64,000 nt of DNA from positions 496,001 to 560,000 of the forward strand of contig RSEE01000029.1 in the NCBI GenBank assembly GCA_003971905.1. Direction: 5' to 3'. The position numbers and the translations under genes are program-made. This DNA is from Moniliella sp. 'wahieum'. Its lineage: Eukaryota. Shown piece after piece: positions 39,301-53,790 of the stretch (positions are counted from its first letter, which is position 1; each line of letters opens with the position of its first letter). The notes beneath the pieces were generated by a model, which saw only the letters and a program-made list of their open reading frames with translations, was not told the DNA's origin and made no database searches.

Positions 39301-42113
39301 GGCTAGCGTGCTGTGGCTAGCAGTCGCAGTAGCAATAGCGGCGGTAGCGTTGGTGGTGGGGGACCAGGGGTCGTGGGGTGGGGGCGGATCGCGTGGGCCC
39401 AGGTTAAAATACGTGTGTGTAGCCCCTGGAGCAAGTCTGGGGCCTCTCCATAACCCAACAATCACGCGTCATGACCGATGAGTCGGTGGCTCAAATCATG
39501 AATGACTTTAATGACTCGAATGCGGGCAGAGCAGTGGTGGCAGTACCAGTGTGGCGCAGTGGCTGCCACACCGTCCCACCCGGGAACACTGTTCCCACAC
39601 CGAGGGGGACAGTCGTCGGTGCCCTGCGCCTGTGTATAAACGATCTGGTGGGGAAACACCGGGCAACGTCTTTATAGCCTCTTTTGTCGATGGCTAGCCT
39701 GCTCTGCTCCGTTCCGACGCTCACTTGGCCGATCCCTTAGTCCCTGCGGCCTCTTGTCATATGCAATGCACGTCGTATCTGCCTTCTTGGCCATTGCCCG
39801 GTACATTATATACGCAGTCTTGATTATATGATAGGCATACTAACAGGCTCAGCGCTCATTACGCATTACACAACTGTGGGGAGGAAAATGGCACGGCAAA
39901 AATGGTATACGCGGAAGCTGTTAGTTGAAGCTTAACCAGAAGTGGAGAACAGTGTCACAGTCGCCCCTGGATGCATTTGCCCTTTGTGGTTCTCTCCCAC
40001 CAGGCTGAGATCCTAATTTTGGGACTCAGATGTGAGTCATTTTATTGCCGTATGTTCTTATCGTATCCTGGTCCGGCTCACGCGGCAGTAGTTTCCTGAC
40101 TCTTGCAGGTCGCTCCTCAAAATGCCTTGCCTTTCCTCGTTCTCCTTCTACTTTCACTCGAGGCAACTATTCCTCCTCTTCTCCTTGCATTCGCAGATCT
40201 GCTCTCTGCCCCCCGCCTTTTCGTCTGCCAACTACGCGTGTCTCTCAGCTCCCGTTTTTTTTTCAGTCTGGGGCGTCTCGCTCAGTCCTCGACCTTCCCT
40301 TGGACCACCCAGTCCCTGGCGCCCCTAGTCCCACTCCTCAGTCCCATCCCCCGCTCCACAATCTCAATCAGAGCAGCGTTGTCCCCCACTGTCTTTTTTC
40401 CCATCCCCGAGTCCGAACGGCTGGAGCCATGTTACTATTGTCCCGACGAGTGCATACCTGGCAATCTTGCTACCCAAAACCGCCACTTCTGCTTGGTTTA
40501 GTACATACGCCCAGAGGCCTCTTCTTTTGTCCCTATTAGCTCTGCTCGGATCCACCATCAATGTCATCTACCAACATCCCACACGCAGCCTCGCAAGTTG
40601 GAAAGAGGGTGTACGCTTCATCAGTGTTGTGCAGGGCGCAATGCGCATCGCTTCGTCCCCAAGCTGCTGGTGCCACTCGCCCCCAATACTTCGTAGTCCC
40701 CCCCCCCCCCATACGCTAGACCTGACGAAAGGTCCACTGATGAGTGTCTGTTGTAGAGCCGAATCTAGGATCCTTCCAGGGAGAGGAAAGTGAGGAATCC
40801 TTACTGGTACAGCGCCTCTGGTCATGCAGGGTTCTTACACCAGAACGATGCCGGCCCATCAACAGCTCCAGGTGGTCGGGTGCAGCCACGCACAGGCACC
40901 ACGCTGCTGAAGGGAAAGGGGACGGGAACGAATGCGCATCCCATATACTCTCTGCTTCTTGCTTACTGTGCCAGTCCTCGTTAATCATTCCTGGCAGTAT
41001 ATCTTCATTGAATATTAACATGCAGTGCAGTGTGGAACGTGTGTTGGATGGGGGGCCTTTTGTCCTCGCGCGCCGCCTCTCGCACCATGTGAGGCGGGAG
41101 GTGTGGTACTGTGGTTACGCTGGTGGGTACAGGATGCATCCAAGGGGAGAAAAATATACGCTGCGTCTCAATTGCATCGTGTTTGAAATGTAACTCTTTC
41201 CTGGTTGCTGCAACCGGTTGCGCACCTACCCCGCGCGTCCATCGCATCGGCCGGATCCAACAGGCCTTTTTGCTGGCATGTGGCAAGCAGCCCGTGTGCA
41301 CCACACGACACATGCGTACTGGTACTGAGTACTGAGTACTGGCAATGCAACCAAGAGGGAAGATGGCTTTGGTGAAGCAGCGGGCGGGCTGGGTACTGGG
41401 TGGTCAAGGGCGAGTAGGTGTACGTCTGCTTTGAATCTCAGCTCTCGAGATGGGGGTCTGGGGTCTTGGCGCTCTTGGCGGGGGAGGGTGGAAGCAGGGG
41501 CATGCCACCAGGGCGGCGAGGGGCTAGTGACATGTGACAGCTGTGCATGGTTACGTACGTGGGCGCTGGAAAGCTAACGCTTGGAAAGGAAACAGGCAGG
41601 CTGCAGCGTTCCTGGCTGCGGGCTCCTCCCCGCTTTGGCATGGCATGTCCCCGCCGCCGCCGCACGCCCAGCGGCAACTGCGCCCTGCATGGCGCGGGTG
41701 TGAAAGACCGCCCAGGCACCGCAGAGGGGCAGTGTCGCCGCGCTGGCGGGTGGTGATCGTGATCGATTGATCGCGATCGGCACAATGCGCCTCTGGGCAC
41801 CAGCGCACTGTCCCGTGTCAGCCCTCGGGCGGCAGGGCAGCCGGCAGCTGGATCCATTTGGTAACCCCGCACATGGGCAGACGACTGGGCAGACGACTGG
41901 CGCTAGCCTCGCCGCCTCGGTTTCTCTCCTCGCACATCTCACGCTGCGTCCCGCCCGCCCCCGCGCGAAGAAAACACTGTCCCCACCCCATCTGCATCTG
42001 CATCTGCATCCCATCTGCATCCGCATCTGCATCCTCTTCTCCTTGTCTGCGTTCCCCTTCCACCTCCTCCGCTCTCTTATTTGCCTGTCCTGCCTACTCT
42101 CCTCGCCGCCGCC

Positions 42114-42527
42114 ATGGCCAACGACGCTGCGTACGACGACCGTACCACCGGCTACGACGCCCGCGAGTCCTATGGCCGCTACCAGCACGACTATGGCGTG
42201 AGCCATAGCCATTCCTACTCTCTCAGCCAGCACGGGTCACCCGCGCAACAGCAGGCACGGTTGCGCGCCCCCCCTATCTACGAGTACGGTAATGGCCGGT
42301 ACGATTACCCTACTGGTCTTGACCAGCCGCGCAGCCCGCTCGCAGACACGTACGGCTCGGATCAGGTGGCCACCGACGACGGCGCCTATGGCGCCCGTGG
42401 CAACGTTACCCCGAACCCGTACGCTTCGAGCCAGTCGAGCGTACGAGATGTTTGGGTCGCCGACGAGAAACATGGTCGGGTGCGCGACGAACGCCCCATG
42501 TTGTTTGGTGCGTTGCTTTCCTGGCTT

Positions 42528-42558
<31 letters not shown>

Positions 42559-43847
42559 TTCCCCGGGCGCATCCTCACGCTTGGCTGATGATTGCCTGTT
42601 CATCGGGGGGATGACGGATGGTCTGATCTGACGGATTGGGGAATTACTTGACTAACCTTTTTCTCCCCTGCCCTTCTCTTCTGTAGATCTATCTTTTGCT
42701 TTTTGGTGCTGGCCATCATTGGCGTTGCGTGTGGGATCATGTTGGCCGTTGTTGTGCGTATCCTATCTCCTGCCTGTGCAAGCCAGCATAACTAACCTAT
42801 ACCCTGCTTCGCTCAGTTTGTCCGTCCACCCAACGTGGGCATTGCGGGCTACACCACGCCGCACCTGTACGTGCAGGGCAAATCGTTGATGATGAACACG
42901 TCCGTGTACGCCGGGGTGTCCAACCCGAATTCAGTTAGTGCCAAGATCGAGTCGTTGGACGCAATGATTTACGAGCGGGCGGTAGCGAATCATGTGCTAG
43001 GCACGACCCACGCCTCCAACGTAAACATCAACGCTCACGCCAACAACACCATCGTCTTACCTGTCCAGTTCGAGGTTGCTTCGACGGCCAACTTTTCGTC
43101 GGACGCTCATACGCTCACTAGCATGGCGCAGAGTTGCGGCTGGGACCTGGCTAGCTTGGCGAGCGCACTGGGCGTCCCCGTTCCTTCGAACTTGCATCTG
43201 CGTGCCGCGCCTGCCGCGCTGGCTAAACGGTCTGGCGCCGTACCCCTCTCAGTTGATCTGGCTATCAAGGTCTCCGTCATGTCGCTCACCTTCCACACCC
43301 CAGTGCACAACGTATCGATCGATGTCAGCTGTCCCAGTCTGGCCGACTTGTTGGGCGGGTCGAGTGGCTCTTCCAGCTCAACCAGTTTGCCCACGTTCAG
43401 TTCACACAGCGTCATTCCCACCCCTACATCCACCTCCCGTTCGTCCCGGACCAGCGGCAGTAGCTCCACGTACGTCTCCCTGTTTCTGAGTTTTTGAGTT
43501 TTTGAGTTTTTGGGGTTTGGGGGTGCGGGGGGGGCTGGCGCTCTCATGCAGACCGATATGTATACAAGAACACTGACTGACATGTATACCCCTACAGGCC
43601 TACCCCAGTTCCCGTTCCCAGCTCCACCACGCCATCGCAATCTGCCGCGCCCACATCGCTCACTTCGCTCCCTCCCAACGTGGCCCAATCGTTCATCAGC
43701 TCGTTCATTGCCAGCAACCCTGCAGCAAGCTCGGTGGTGAGCGAAGGCGAGGGCCTGGGCGGCGCGTTGAGTGGTATATTTAGTTTCATCACCGCTGGAA
43801 GCCTTCCCATTCGCCGGGCGCTTCCGACCGCAGTGCCGATGGCGTAA
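42114..43847 (+). CDS. Type II membrane protein with LEA_2-like domain and Ser/Thr-rich tail
   Basis: Tyr-rich cytosolic N-terminus, TM exon at ~42687-42755, VRPPNVGI, VSNPN..SAKI, NINAHANNTIVLPV, C-terminal CP; last intron 43470-43597. Confidence 0.7.
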
Positions 43848-45364
43848 TTGGTGCGTATTGCGTATTGCGTATGGTGTACTGCGTATGGTGTACTGCGTAC
43901 TGCGTGCTGCGTTACCCTTGGGACGCTGCGCCGGTCGACTCTCGTTGGAGCAACGGCTTGGCTTCATACCCACGAACAAGGGAAGAAGGAAGCAAGCAAC
44001 GGCAGGTCTCATGTGACATGTGAACATGTGAACCCGCGATGCGATGGACCGAACCGTTAGCTTCCTTGTCTCGTTACCTTTTTTTCGCCGGGTGGTCTCT
44101 CTCGTTTTAGGTACCCTTTTATCATTGTCCTTTCCCCTCCTACCCTGTGCCGCTGCTTTTGAACCAGTGCTCTGTATTATGTTCGTTCTCTCTTGGCTGT
44201 GTGTGTTGGAGTGGTGGGAGTGGGTGGTGCGTATCTTTGGTTTGCAGTTGGTTTCTTATCTTGCTTGGTTTGGGCGTCTATCCCCAAGTACTGAGAGGTG
44301 CCCCTCCTTTGGGTGCGCGTCTATATCCAATCTTCACGCCCAGAACGATGTACGTTTCGGAAGTTCCCACAGTGCGGCTGATCGTGCCCAGCCACACCGA
44401 CCGTTCCCCTGGAGAAGCAGAGAAGCGCGGGTTGGGCAGACTCTTGGGCCGATATTCCATGCGGCAGATCCAACTCTGTGTTGGCTGTTCCTCGGTAGCG
44501 TAGGCTGCTACCCGTCGCACATGCATATCCGTGCTTCTGTTGAGCGTGTGTCGGCAAGGGCTTGTTGCTTGCTGCTATGCATTGCCTTGGAGACAACCGC
44601 CAGCGAGGCAGATCGAAGTGCACTGACTGGGCGTCGGCTGGATGCGGGATGGATGATGGATGATGGATGATGGATCATCGATGCAGCTGCACGTGGCACG
44701 CGTGGGCGTGCGGATCGCCCAAGCCCACCGCACCGCCGCAGCCTGCAAGCAGCGTAGCTGCCAGAGACGCATGGGGACGGGGGCAGTGTGGGGGGCGGGG
44801 CGGAATAAGAACAAAGGAGGGGCACCTGCACAGGGCGAGTGTGTGCACGGGTGAGTCCTGCGTCCCGAGTTGAGGCCTGAGGCCTGCCTGAGGCTCAGGA
44901 CTGCTGGGTGCTGGGTGGCGGCCGCATTGAATCTTCACTTTCAATGGTTGCGTCTGGCTTGGGGGCGCAGGGGGCGCAGGCGCGGCGGAAACGCAGAGCG
45001 GGTGGCTGGGTGCTGGCCCAGCACTGGCCCAGCCAACACGCCGGCGGGGCGTCGTGACGGGTGCCATCACGCGTCACGCGTCAACCGCCACACATCACCG
45101 GTAGTGGCGTGGGCGATCACGCGTGGGCTTGGGGCGGTTGAAATTCACTTGGGTTGGCCCTGGAGCAGGAGGAGGGAGGAGGGAGGAGTGGCGAGGCAGC
45201 ACTGGGCGCGTAATCATTATCACCGCTCGCCCGCACCGCCGCCCCTGGCCGCCTCCAGCTCCCGCTCCCCCTCCCGCTCCTGCTCCCGCTTCCCCCCGCC
45301 CCCCCCATCCTCCGACGGCAGCCAGGCCGGCATGGCTGCTGCTCCGCCCCACCACCGCTAACCC

Positions 45365-48300
45365 ATGGACGTCTACACCGCCTCCCCGTCCCCGGCCTTC
45401 GCCCTGCGCCACCCCTTCGACGCTGCGCCCAGCCCCGAGCCCGGCAGCCGCTTCTCGGAATTCTCCTCCACCACCGGCACCCCCGTCTCCCGCGCCAGCA
45501 GCCTCGCCTTCCAGCCCGCCTCGGCCTCCGCCTCCGCCTCGGCCTCCTTCCCCGACACGCCCCACCCGCCCTCGGACGACGACTGGGCAGAGTACACAGC
45601 CGCCGACCCCCTGGACCTCGGCCCTGCTCCGTCCCCCTCGCCCTCGTCCCCGTCCCCATGCCCGTGTCCCTGCCCCAATCCCTGCCCCAGTCCCCGCCCC
45701 GCCCCCCGCCTCCGCCTCCCCTCCCTCCACCTCCTCCGGCGCCATGGCTTTGGCTTCAGTGCCCACCGCTTCGAGCATGCCCACCGCCCTCCCCCCGACC
45801 AGCCCATGCACCTTCCCCTTCGTGCGGCTGCCAGCTTTGCCGACCCACACCCGCCTCCGGCTCCTGCCCACCCCCCTTCCGCCTCCGCCATGGCCCCCAT
45901 TGACACTGCTCACACCACACCCCATCCTCCCGCCCACCTGACCCACACGACGCCCACATCTCCTCTTGATGCGTCGCTGTCTGGCTCTGGCGCCCTTACC
46001 CCCCGCACGCCGTTTGAGCGGACTGCCACTGATCCCTTTGGTGGTCTCTTCACCCCTCCTCTCTCCGCGCATGGACCGCGCCGGCTTAGTGGGCATCGGG
46101 GAATTGGCCAGTCGTATGGCTGCTGCTCCTGGCGCGCCAGAATTTGTCCCCGACCTGCCTTTGCCCCGTGCCAAGCCTCCGCTGCCAGAGGCCCAGAACC
46201 AGGCCCAGTCTCCTCTTTGGATCCCCACGCCGGCCCCAATGAAAGCCCAGCGGTCTCAGACATCCCATGAAGAGAGTTATCCGCCACCACCTTTCACTCG
46301 CTGGCACCAGCGGGACGCTTCCGAGGGCCAGCCTGTTCAATACGCTGGTTCTACTTCGAAACGCAGCAGCATGGGCTCAGGTTTGGTATGCACTCTCCCC
46401 CCCCCATCCCTCTTCCTCACACATCGCCTCGCCCTCCCCTCGTGCGCTGGTGTTCATTTTACTGACACCATCCGATTCCAGCCACGCCACGAGACTTTGC
46501 ACATGCACACATCAAGTGTCAACACTGCCTCCTCCGGTCCCACTTCCTTCCACCAGTCTACAGCGAGCACCGATGGCCACCCGCTCCGCTATCGCAGTAT
46601 GGTTGCTGGACATACAGGTGCAGCTGGCGACCGAGCTGCCACGAGAACCCTGCCCTGCCTCAAAGTGTGGCAACCCATCCACGCACGCCTCCGGACACTT
46701 CTCACGGCCTTGACCTCGACCTGGACGTAGCCGACTTTCAAGCATCCTTCGCCACCTTCCTGCAAGATCACCAAGAGAGGGAAAAAGAACGTACGCGAAG
46801 CAGTCGTCCCCATGCTGCTCCTGCTCCTGCCCCTGTTCCTGCCCCTGCTCCTGCCCCTTCGAGCACCCTCCCTCTCCCTCCTCAGCTATTTTCTCCACCC
46901 ATGCTGGCACCTACAGTTCCCGCCCACCCAGCGGTGTGAGCGGTGTCAGCGGTGCGAGTGGGGGAAGCAATGGTCCTGACGCCCTCCTTTCCCCCTCGTT
47001 GGCTGGCACCGCATCTACCCAACTTCCCCTTCGCCCTGGAGAACACAGCAACAATTCTCGTCGGTCCATCCTCCCCACCCTTTCGCGGCTGCCGATCACA
47101 CCTACCCGATCACGCAAGACGTCGGAATCCTTTTCGCGTGAGGCTGAGGCTCGGCTGTCCGTGTCGGGGCGGCAACACCAATCGTCGGTTGCGGGATCGA
47201 CCGAGGCGGACGAGTCGGTGACATCTGCCTCGCTGGTGCATTCGAGGACGAGCATCCATTCGCGCTCTCGTTCGGGCTCGGGTCTCGGATCGCCCTCCAC
47301 TGCATCCATCCTGCTCGCCAGCGAAGCAGGCGGGAAAAAGGCAAAGCGACTGTCGGCTGTGCAGTCCCAATCTAGTTCGGGCAACCCCCTGGACTCGGGT
47401 CCCGGTAAGCCGGACCCACTGGGCTCTCCCCCCTCGCAAGCGACGTTTGTGCGTAACATGCGCCAACCCACCTACCCATATCGAGGGAGCGGTGTCGACC
47501 CCGCCGTGCCCAACGAGTTCCACTCCCCCACACCCCGACGAGAGTACGATGATCCGATGCGCTCTCCTTCGGGCCCCAAGACGGAGATGCCATCGCCGAC
47601 GCAGCCTTCGGCAAGGGCTAAGCGGACATCGACGTTGTTCGTAGCAGATGGCCTGTTTGTCCCGCCTGTTCCTCCGCTTCCTAAGGACTTTGAGTCGCGG
47701 CCTACGCCCTTGGTCCACTCGGCTTCGGTGTCGAGCTCGATTCCTGCCGCGCCCGAGGGGAGCCTCCCCCACAGTGGCGGCAGTTTCGGACCGTATTCTC
47801 CTTCGACCAGCAGGGCCTCAACGAGTTACCACCCGCCGCCTACCTCGGCGAATCTGGCGAGCCAAAAGACCCCTCCTCCTCGGCATGGAAGGGTTCGGTA
47901 GCGCTCGAGCCGGAGGGAAGTAAGTCGATGGACAGCCTTTCCAGTCGCGTTTCAGGGGCCGGCTCAGGCTCAGGATCGGGCTCAGGATCGGGCTCAACCG
48001 CGTTGCCTTCAGGTGTTGTGACGCCTCGCAGGGGAGCGAGCCGTGCCCCCCACGCTCCTACGGGCCACATGTTCAGTCCTAGCAGTTCCACTGCCCGTTC
48101 CTCGGCCGACTCGTTGTCACACCGAATGGTCGATGCGGCAGTCTCCTATGGGCTTGTCTCAACTTGTGAGCCTCCCGTCGCCTCGGATGGGAGGCAAGAC
48201 GATGCCTGTTCCCGGGGGTGCAAATGCAAGTGCAAATGCAAATGATGTGCACCCGAGTCTTCCCCCGCCAAGTCGTCGTTGGAGGTGGCACCGGCCGCTT

Positions 48301-51300
48301 CCACCCTTGCGCCCACCAACCGTCGCAGTTCGGCCGGGGATTTTTATCCTCGCTCAGTCCGGGGGGGGACAAAAATGCCGCACGTCAGAACGCTGCCAAC
48401 GTAGCTGCTCAAACCAATGGTCTAGGGACCAATGCTGCGGCTCCTGGCAGCCTAGGACCGGTTAGTGGCGCATCATCCCTCCCACCTCCCCACCTCCCAC
48501 TAAGTCCCGAGGCCGGTCGCAGTCGCGTGGCTCTTTACCCATCGGTCACAAGTTCAGCCTCGCGTCGTTGTCCCATGTCCGCTTTGATCTCCCTCGAGCG
48601 CAGACACCGGGACAAGGAACGACGCAAGTTGGAGCAACAGCAAGCACAGCAACCGGCCCCGGTCCCCGTCATCCCGGCGCCTTTTCCTCGCATGCTCTCC
48701 TCCTTCCCCCCAACAAGGTAAACTGCGTCCCTCTCAATCCAGTAGCGGCGACGAGAAAGCCAAGGAGATGGACAAGTTGCAAGAGAAAGAGAAAGAGAAG
48801 GACAGGACAAGGACAAGGAGAGCAAGTCTTTTCCTTCCGACGTGTTTCGCTCGCAGGGAGGGAGACGCCTCATGGTAAGGGACGCAGGCTATCGGTCTTG
48901 CCCATCAAGTTTTGGGCAAGGGAAAATGGCTCGGTTCTAAGTCCTCGTTCAGGCGATTCTACGTTACTCCTCTCCCTCCGCCGCCTCCATACCTTCTCGG
49001 CCGCCCAGGCTGCCTCGGAGTCTTCTCTTCGTCCAATGCCCAGGGGTAGCGACGTCCGGAGTGAGGTCGCAGGGGGAACCCAACCTCCTTCTCACCACCT
49101 CTCGCTTCTGCCTCCACCCAGGGACAGGCAGCCAACATCTCCCTTGCTACTGACTATCATGAGCGACTTGCCGTGCCTGCTGTGCCGCTGTGCCTGCTGT
49201 GCCTGGTGCCTGCTGTGCCTGCTGCGCCTGCTGTGCCTGCTGCGCCAGCCGTTCCTGGTCCCTCCCAACCCGCGGCTCACCCTGGGCTTATTGCGTCGGC
49301 TTCTACCAGCTGGGCTAGTTCGATGGGTTCGACGACACTGGCTTCCCCATGGGACACGAGTGTGTCGCAAGAATCAAGTTTTGCATCTAGTGCCCTTGAT
49401 CCAACACCAACGGAGCCAGCTCCCGCGTTCGATCGTTCTGCCACACCCAAATCGCGACGAACGCCCACCTTTTTACGTCGAGCGATGAAGCGGGCGAGCC
49501 AGGTGGATCCTGAGACGACCCGCGAGCTGGACGCAGCACGCAATGGCGCGGTCACCCCGTCCTCCCGTACTGCCCGCATTCGGAACTTGTTCCCCTCAGG
49601 TTCCACGCGGTGGAGTACCTTGCCTTTCAACGTGTCCTCTCTCCCGCCTGCGCCTGCTACGGGAACGGAGCCGTTGGAAGGGGGCAAAGGCGAGCCATGG
49701 ACTTCATCTTCGTTCGCATCCACACCTGCGTCCCAAGGCCCCTTCCGCCGGGTTAGCCTTACCCGCAATCGATCCAACTCGCGCTCGCTCAAGTCTCCCC
49801 GACAACGGACTACCACACTTCCGGGCACGGTCAAGCCCCCCAAGAACCTAGACCAGGCAGCACCACGACTCAGCGTGCATGTGCCTCCGCTCCCCGGGAC
49901 GCAAGGCAGCAGTGATCGACACAGTATGAATGGCGTAGCGAACTCTCCTCGGTTGGGTAAACTTCCTATCTCGACTTCTGAAGCGACAATGGCATTGCCG
50001 TCTCCGAAGTTGCCTCGCTCTCCTTCGCTGGCTTTGCCCGGCGCTCCTTCCCAGAACGGAGCGATGGGCGCTGTCCCACCTCATCGCCTGCCAACGGAAA
50101 CCAAATCGGGTCCTACGTTGGCTTGGCCCTCTTCCACTGCCCCCCCGCTCTCCGTCACCACTCCTCCCCGTATCCCACAAGTGAGCATCGAGACTCCAGG
50201 TCCGGATTCCAAGGTGGCCGGCACCCATCCTGCTGCTGCTCCTGATTCAAAGCGCGTATCCATCCAAGCGCCCCCTCTTGCACCCGAAGCGACTTTGGTC
50301 TCCAGCCCTCCGCAGACGTATGGGACCAAACCTTCCTCCCCTCTTCCTCCTCGGAGCACGGGGACAATTCAAGCGCCTGATCCGACCTCAGTTAACCCGC
50401 CCGATTTGCCTGTTACCGCCTCTCGCCTCCCTCCCATCATCTCCATTCTGAACGCATGTGCTAAGGCCTCTACGCCAGCAGAAACCGAGGCGGCGATGTT
50501 GCGGGTTCGGCACTTCCTTTCCCACTCTACGGAGCCTCTGTCGGCCAACGAACAAGGTATCCTTCATGGACTACTGATTCGCGAAGCAGAGATGAGTGGG
50601 AAGGAGCCTGAGTTTGAGATGGCCAAGTCCATTGAAGATCCGCCAGCTGCCTCGCAGCCTCCACATTTGGCATCTACCCTCGACTTGCCCGCGGCCTCGG
50701 CTCCCGTGCCGAAACAGTTATCGTCATTAGCAGCCAAGCCCGACGCTACGCTGGGCCAGAGCTCACTGCAGGACAAACGAGTAAGTGCCCAGTCGCAAGC
50801 CACGGTGGTAGGTCGGTCGGGTAAGCCAGGCGATTCGGGTGTGTCTTCTGCGCCGGAGCTTGCAAATGAGCCGCAGGACGCGTCCCTATCGCACCTCTAT
50901 TTCTCCAAGCCATGTCCGGGCGCGCGAAACGTCTTCTCGGCCGACGAGCGCGGAAGTAGCGCAGGGACCACGAGGACGATCGGTTGATTGGGGACGAGGA
51001 GATGAAGACGTACATTGAGCGGTACCAAGCGCGGAAGTTATCGCAAGGTGTCAAACAAGCTGATTTGGATCGTCAGTTTGAGTTTCCCGATCCGGACAAA
51101 CCCTCGCGCGAGTTTAGTGTGCGACAGGCCGAGGTTATGTTTGGCAACAGGCTGTGCGAGTACGAGCTCAAGGAGATGTACGATACGATGCGCGACAAGA
51201 AGATCTACTATGCCGGCACGACACGCAAGCACATTGCCTACTTGAAGCGACCCGAGTTCAACTATGGCTACGACGACGACCGAGGGGACTACAAGGTGGT

Positions 51301-53287
51301 GTTGCGGGACCACTTGGCGTACCGGTACGAGGTGGTGCAGACGTTAGGTCGCGGGTCGTTTGGCCAAGTGCTCAAGTGCAAAGATCACAAGACTGGCAAG
51401 TGGGTAGCCATCAAGCTGATTCGGAATAAGCAGCGGTTCCATCACCAAGCGCTGGTCGAAACGAAGATTTTGGAGCAGCTGGTGGAATGGGATCCGGAAG
51501 ACGAGTACCACGTTGTGCACATGGTCGAATCGTTTTACTTCCGCAACCACCTGTGCATCGCGATGGAACTGATGAGCATGAACTTGTACGAGTTGATCAA
51601 GTGCAACTCGTTTGCTGGTTGCTCCATCCGTCTCGTTCGCCGCTTCACTCTCCAGTCCCTCCGTGCCCTCATGCTCACCCAGAAGCATAGCGTGATCCAC
51701 TGCGACCTCAAGCCCGAGAACATCCTGCTCGTCAACCCGCGCAAGTCGGAGATCAAGGTGATTGACTTTGGTTCGTCCTGCTTTCAGGACCAGAAAGTGT
51801 ACACCTACATCCAATCTCGCTTCTATCGCTCGCCTGAGGTCATCCTCGGCATCAGCTATGGCCTGGGTACGTTCGCTTTTGTTTTTTGCCTCTCCGTTTT
51901 GGTGTTTGGTGTTTGGTGTTTTTCTTTTTTTTGATCGTTTGGATTGCTGACCTTCCTTTTGCTTGGGCGCAGAGATCGACATGTGGAGTTTGGGCTGCAT
52001 TCTAGCCGAGATGTATACGGGCTACCCACTGTTCCCTGGCGAAAACGAGCAAGAACAACTAGCGTGTATCATGGAGATCTTTGGTGTTCCACCCAAAGAC
52101 TTGGTGGACAAAGCCTCCCGTGCCTCGCTCTTCTTTGACGCCGAAGGCCGGCCACGGCACCTAGTCAACTCAAAGGGCAAGAAACGCAGGCCAGGGACCA
52201 AAACACTGCAACAGTCCATGGCCAAATGCTCCGACCACCTCTTTCTCAACTTTATTGCTCGCTGCCTCGAGTGGGACCCGGCCAACCGCCTTACGCCCAC
52301 ACAGGCTCTCGAACACCCTTGGCTCACCCACGTCTACCCGCGCTCCAGTTCCGCCAAACGCATCTCTAGTCGAAAAAAGACCCTCGCACCGGTTCCCACC
52401 TCGGCCGTTTCGGCCCCGACTACTTCGGCCCCGGCTACTTCGGTCCCGGCTACTTCTACTTCCGTCTCGGCCGCCCCGCAGCCTCACATCCTTCCTCAAC
52501 TCGACTCGATCCACCCCCACGGGCAGCTTCAGCCAAGGTGTACTGGGTTCGCTTGCTACTCATCCCTCCGGAACACTCTCCGGGACCCTTTCCGGGACAC
52601 CCTCTGGGACACCTTCTGGGGCCCACACTACCAACCAGCAGGGACCTTTGGTCGAAGCACCTCTCCCCCTCTCGGGTGCGACAGTCGCGTTGGATCCTGT
52701 AGGTACGGCCACAGGATCCAGGACCCTGCTGGACCCTACTTTGCCCTCTTGCCTGCGGCGGCGGCCCCTACGGGCTCGGCCTCAGGTTCGGGGTCGGGTT
52801 CAGGTTCAGGTTCGAAATCGGGGCCGGGATCGGGCTCGGGATCGGAATCGTCGGAGGCCGCTGCTGGTGCGGATGGTGCGGATGGGATGGATGGGCCGGG
52901 TGAGTCGGACACGTCTTTGGTCCCTACCGTCCCGTCGCTCCAGCCCGGGTTTTGGGCGACGACTTGGATGCGGTCATGGCGCTGCTCAAGAGTTTCCCCG
53001 AGCCTGGTGCGGACGCGTCGGACAAGGTGCCTGTTGATCCCCAAGGTGCTCAAGGTCCCCAAGGTGCTTCAGGTGCTCAAGGTGCTCAAGGTGCTCAAGG
53101 CACCCAAGATGCGCAAGGTTCCCAAAGCGGTACCACCACTCTCGATCCTACCTGGCCCATCCCGCTCTCCCCCCTCATTCCGCTCATCCCCCTCATCCCG
53201 TTCTTCCCACTCTCCCCACTCCTGATCTCGCCCACCCCACCAATACTTGTCCCGCTCCCGTTCTCACCCGCCTTTGACGTGGTGTGA
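45365..53287 (+). CDS. DYRK-family (class 2, Pom1/DYRK2-like) protein kinase with a very long low-complexity N-terminus
   Basis: NYGYDDDRGDY (DH box), DHLAYRYE, LGRGSFGQV, HCDLKPEN, DFGSSC, YTYIQSRFYRSPE, IDMWSLGC at 51000-52330. Upstream Ser/Pro-rich ORFs are chained by indels, so the start is uncertain. Confidence 0.9.
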
Positions 53288-53729
53288 TGTCTTGCACCAA
53301 TATCATTCGTTCTGTGATTGTGGTTGTTGTGGTTGTGGTTACCGGTTACCGGTTACCGGTTACCAGTTATGGCTGTGCTCTTGCGTGAAATTCACTGTTT
53401 TGTGTTGCTTGCCGTGACGAAGATGGCCTCTCGTACCTCCCTTGACCTCCCCCACCCCCATCGTTCGCAGGCTTGAGCCTGAGCCTCAAACCTCAGGCTG
53501 ACGCCTCATCGGCCCAGTACTCATGTCCTCAGCCAGAGTCCTCAGGCTGAGGTGAGGTCTCATGGGATCATGGGATCATGGATCATGGATCATCCGGCAA
53601 ATAGGACCCTCGGTACACCCATCCCACAAAGTTAGAACCGGGAAGCGGGAAGCCCAGCCACGCCCCACGCCGACTAAACGCCTACGTGCCAAATATCATG
53701 TTGCCGTTCACTTGGTGGGGGTACAGTCT

Positions 53730-53790
53730 GCTACAGCTACAGCTACAGCTACAGCTACAGCTACAGCTACACAGCTACGCTACAGCTACA
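53730..53790. repeat. (GCTACA)n microsatellite
   Basis: Directly visible. Confidence 0.9.

Noticed and set aside
40716..40775. Hammerhead-like CTGATGA...GAA with flanking CTAGA/TCTAG pairing
   Set aside because: Lacks the GAAA plus UH core geometry, and stem I does not close next to the core
39700..41450. Gene-poor stretch as a possible transposon relic
   Set aside because: No transposase, RT or integrase motifs, terminal repeats or target-site duplications could be recognised
42527..42558. Long poly-C run
   Set aside because: Intronic homopolymer whose length is unreliable in this assembly
44044..44670. Hydrophobic 208-aa ORF
   Set aside because: T-rich intergenic or UTR-like composition with no motif; probably spurious
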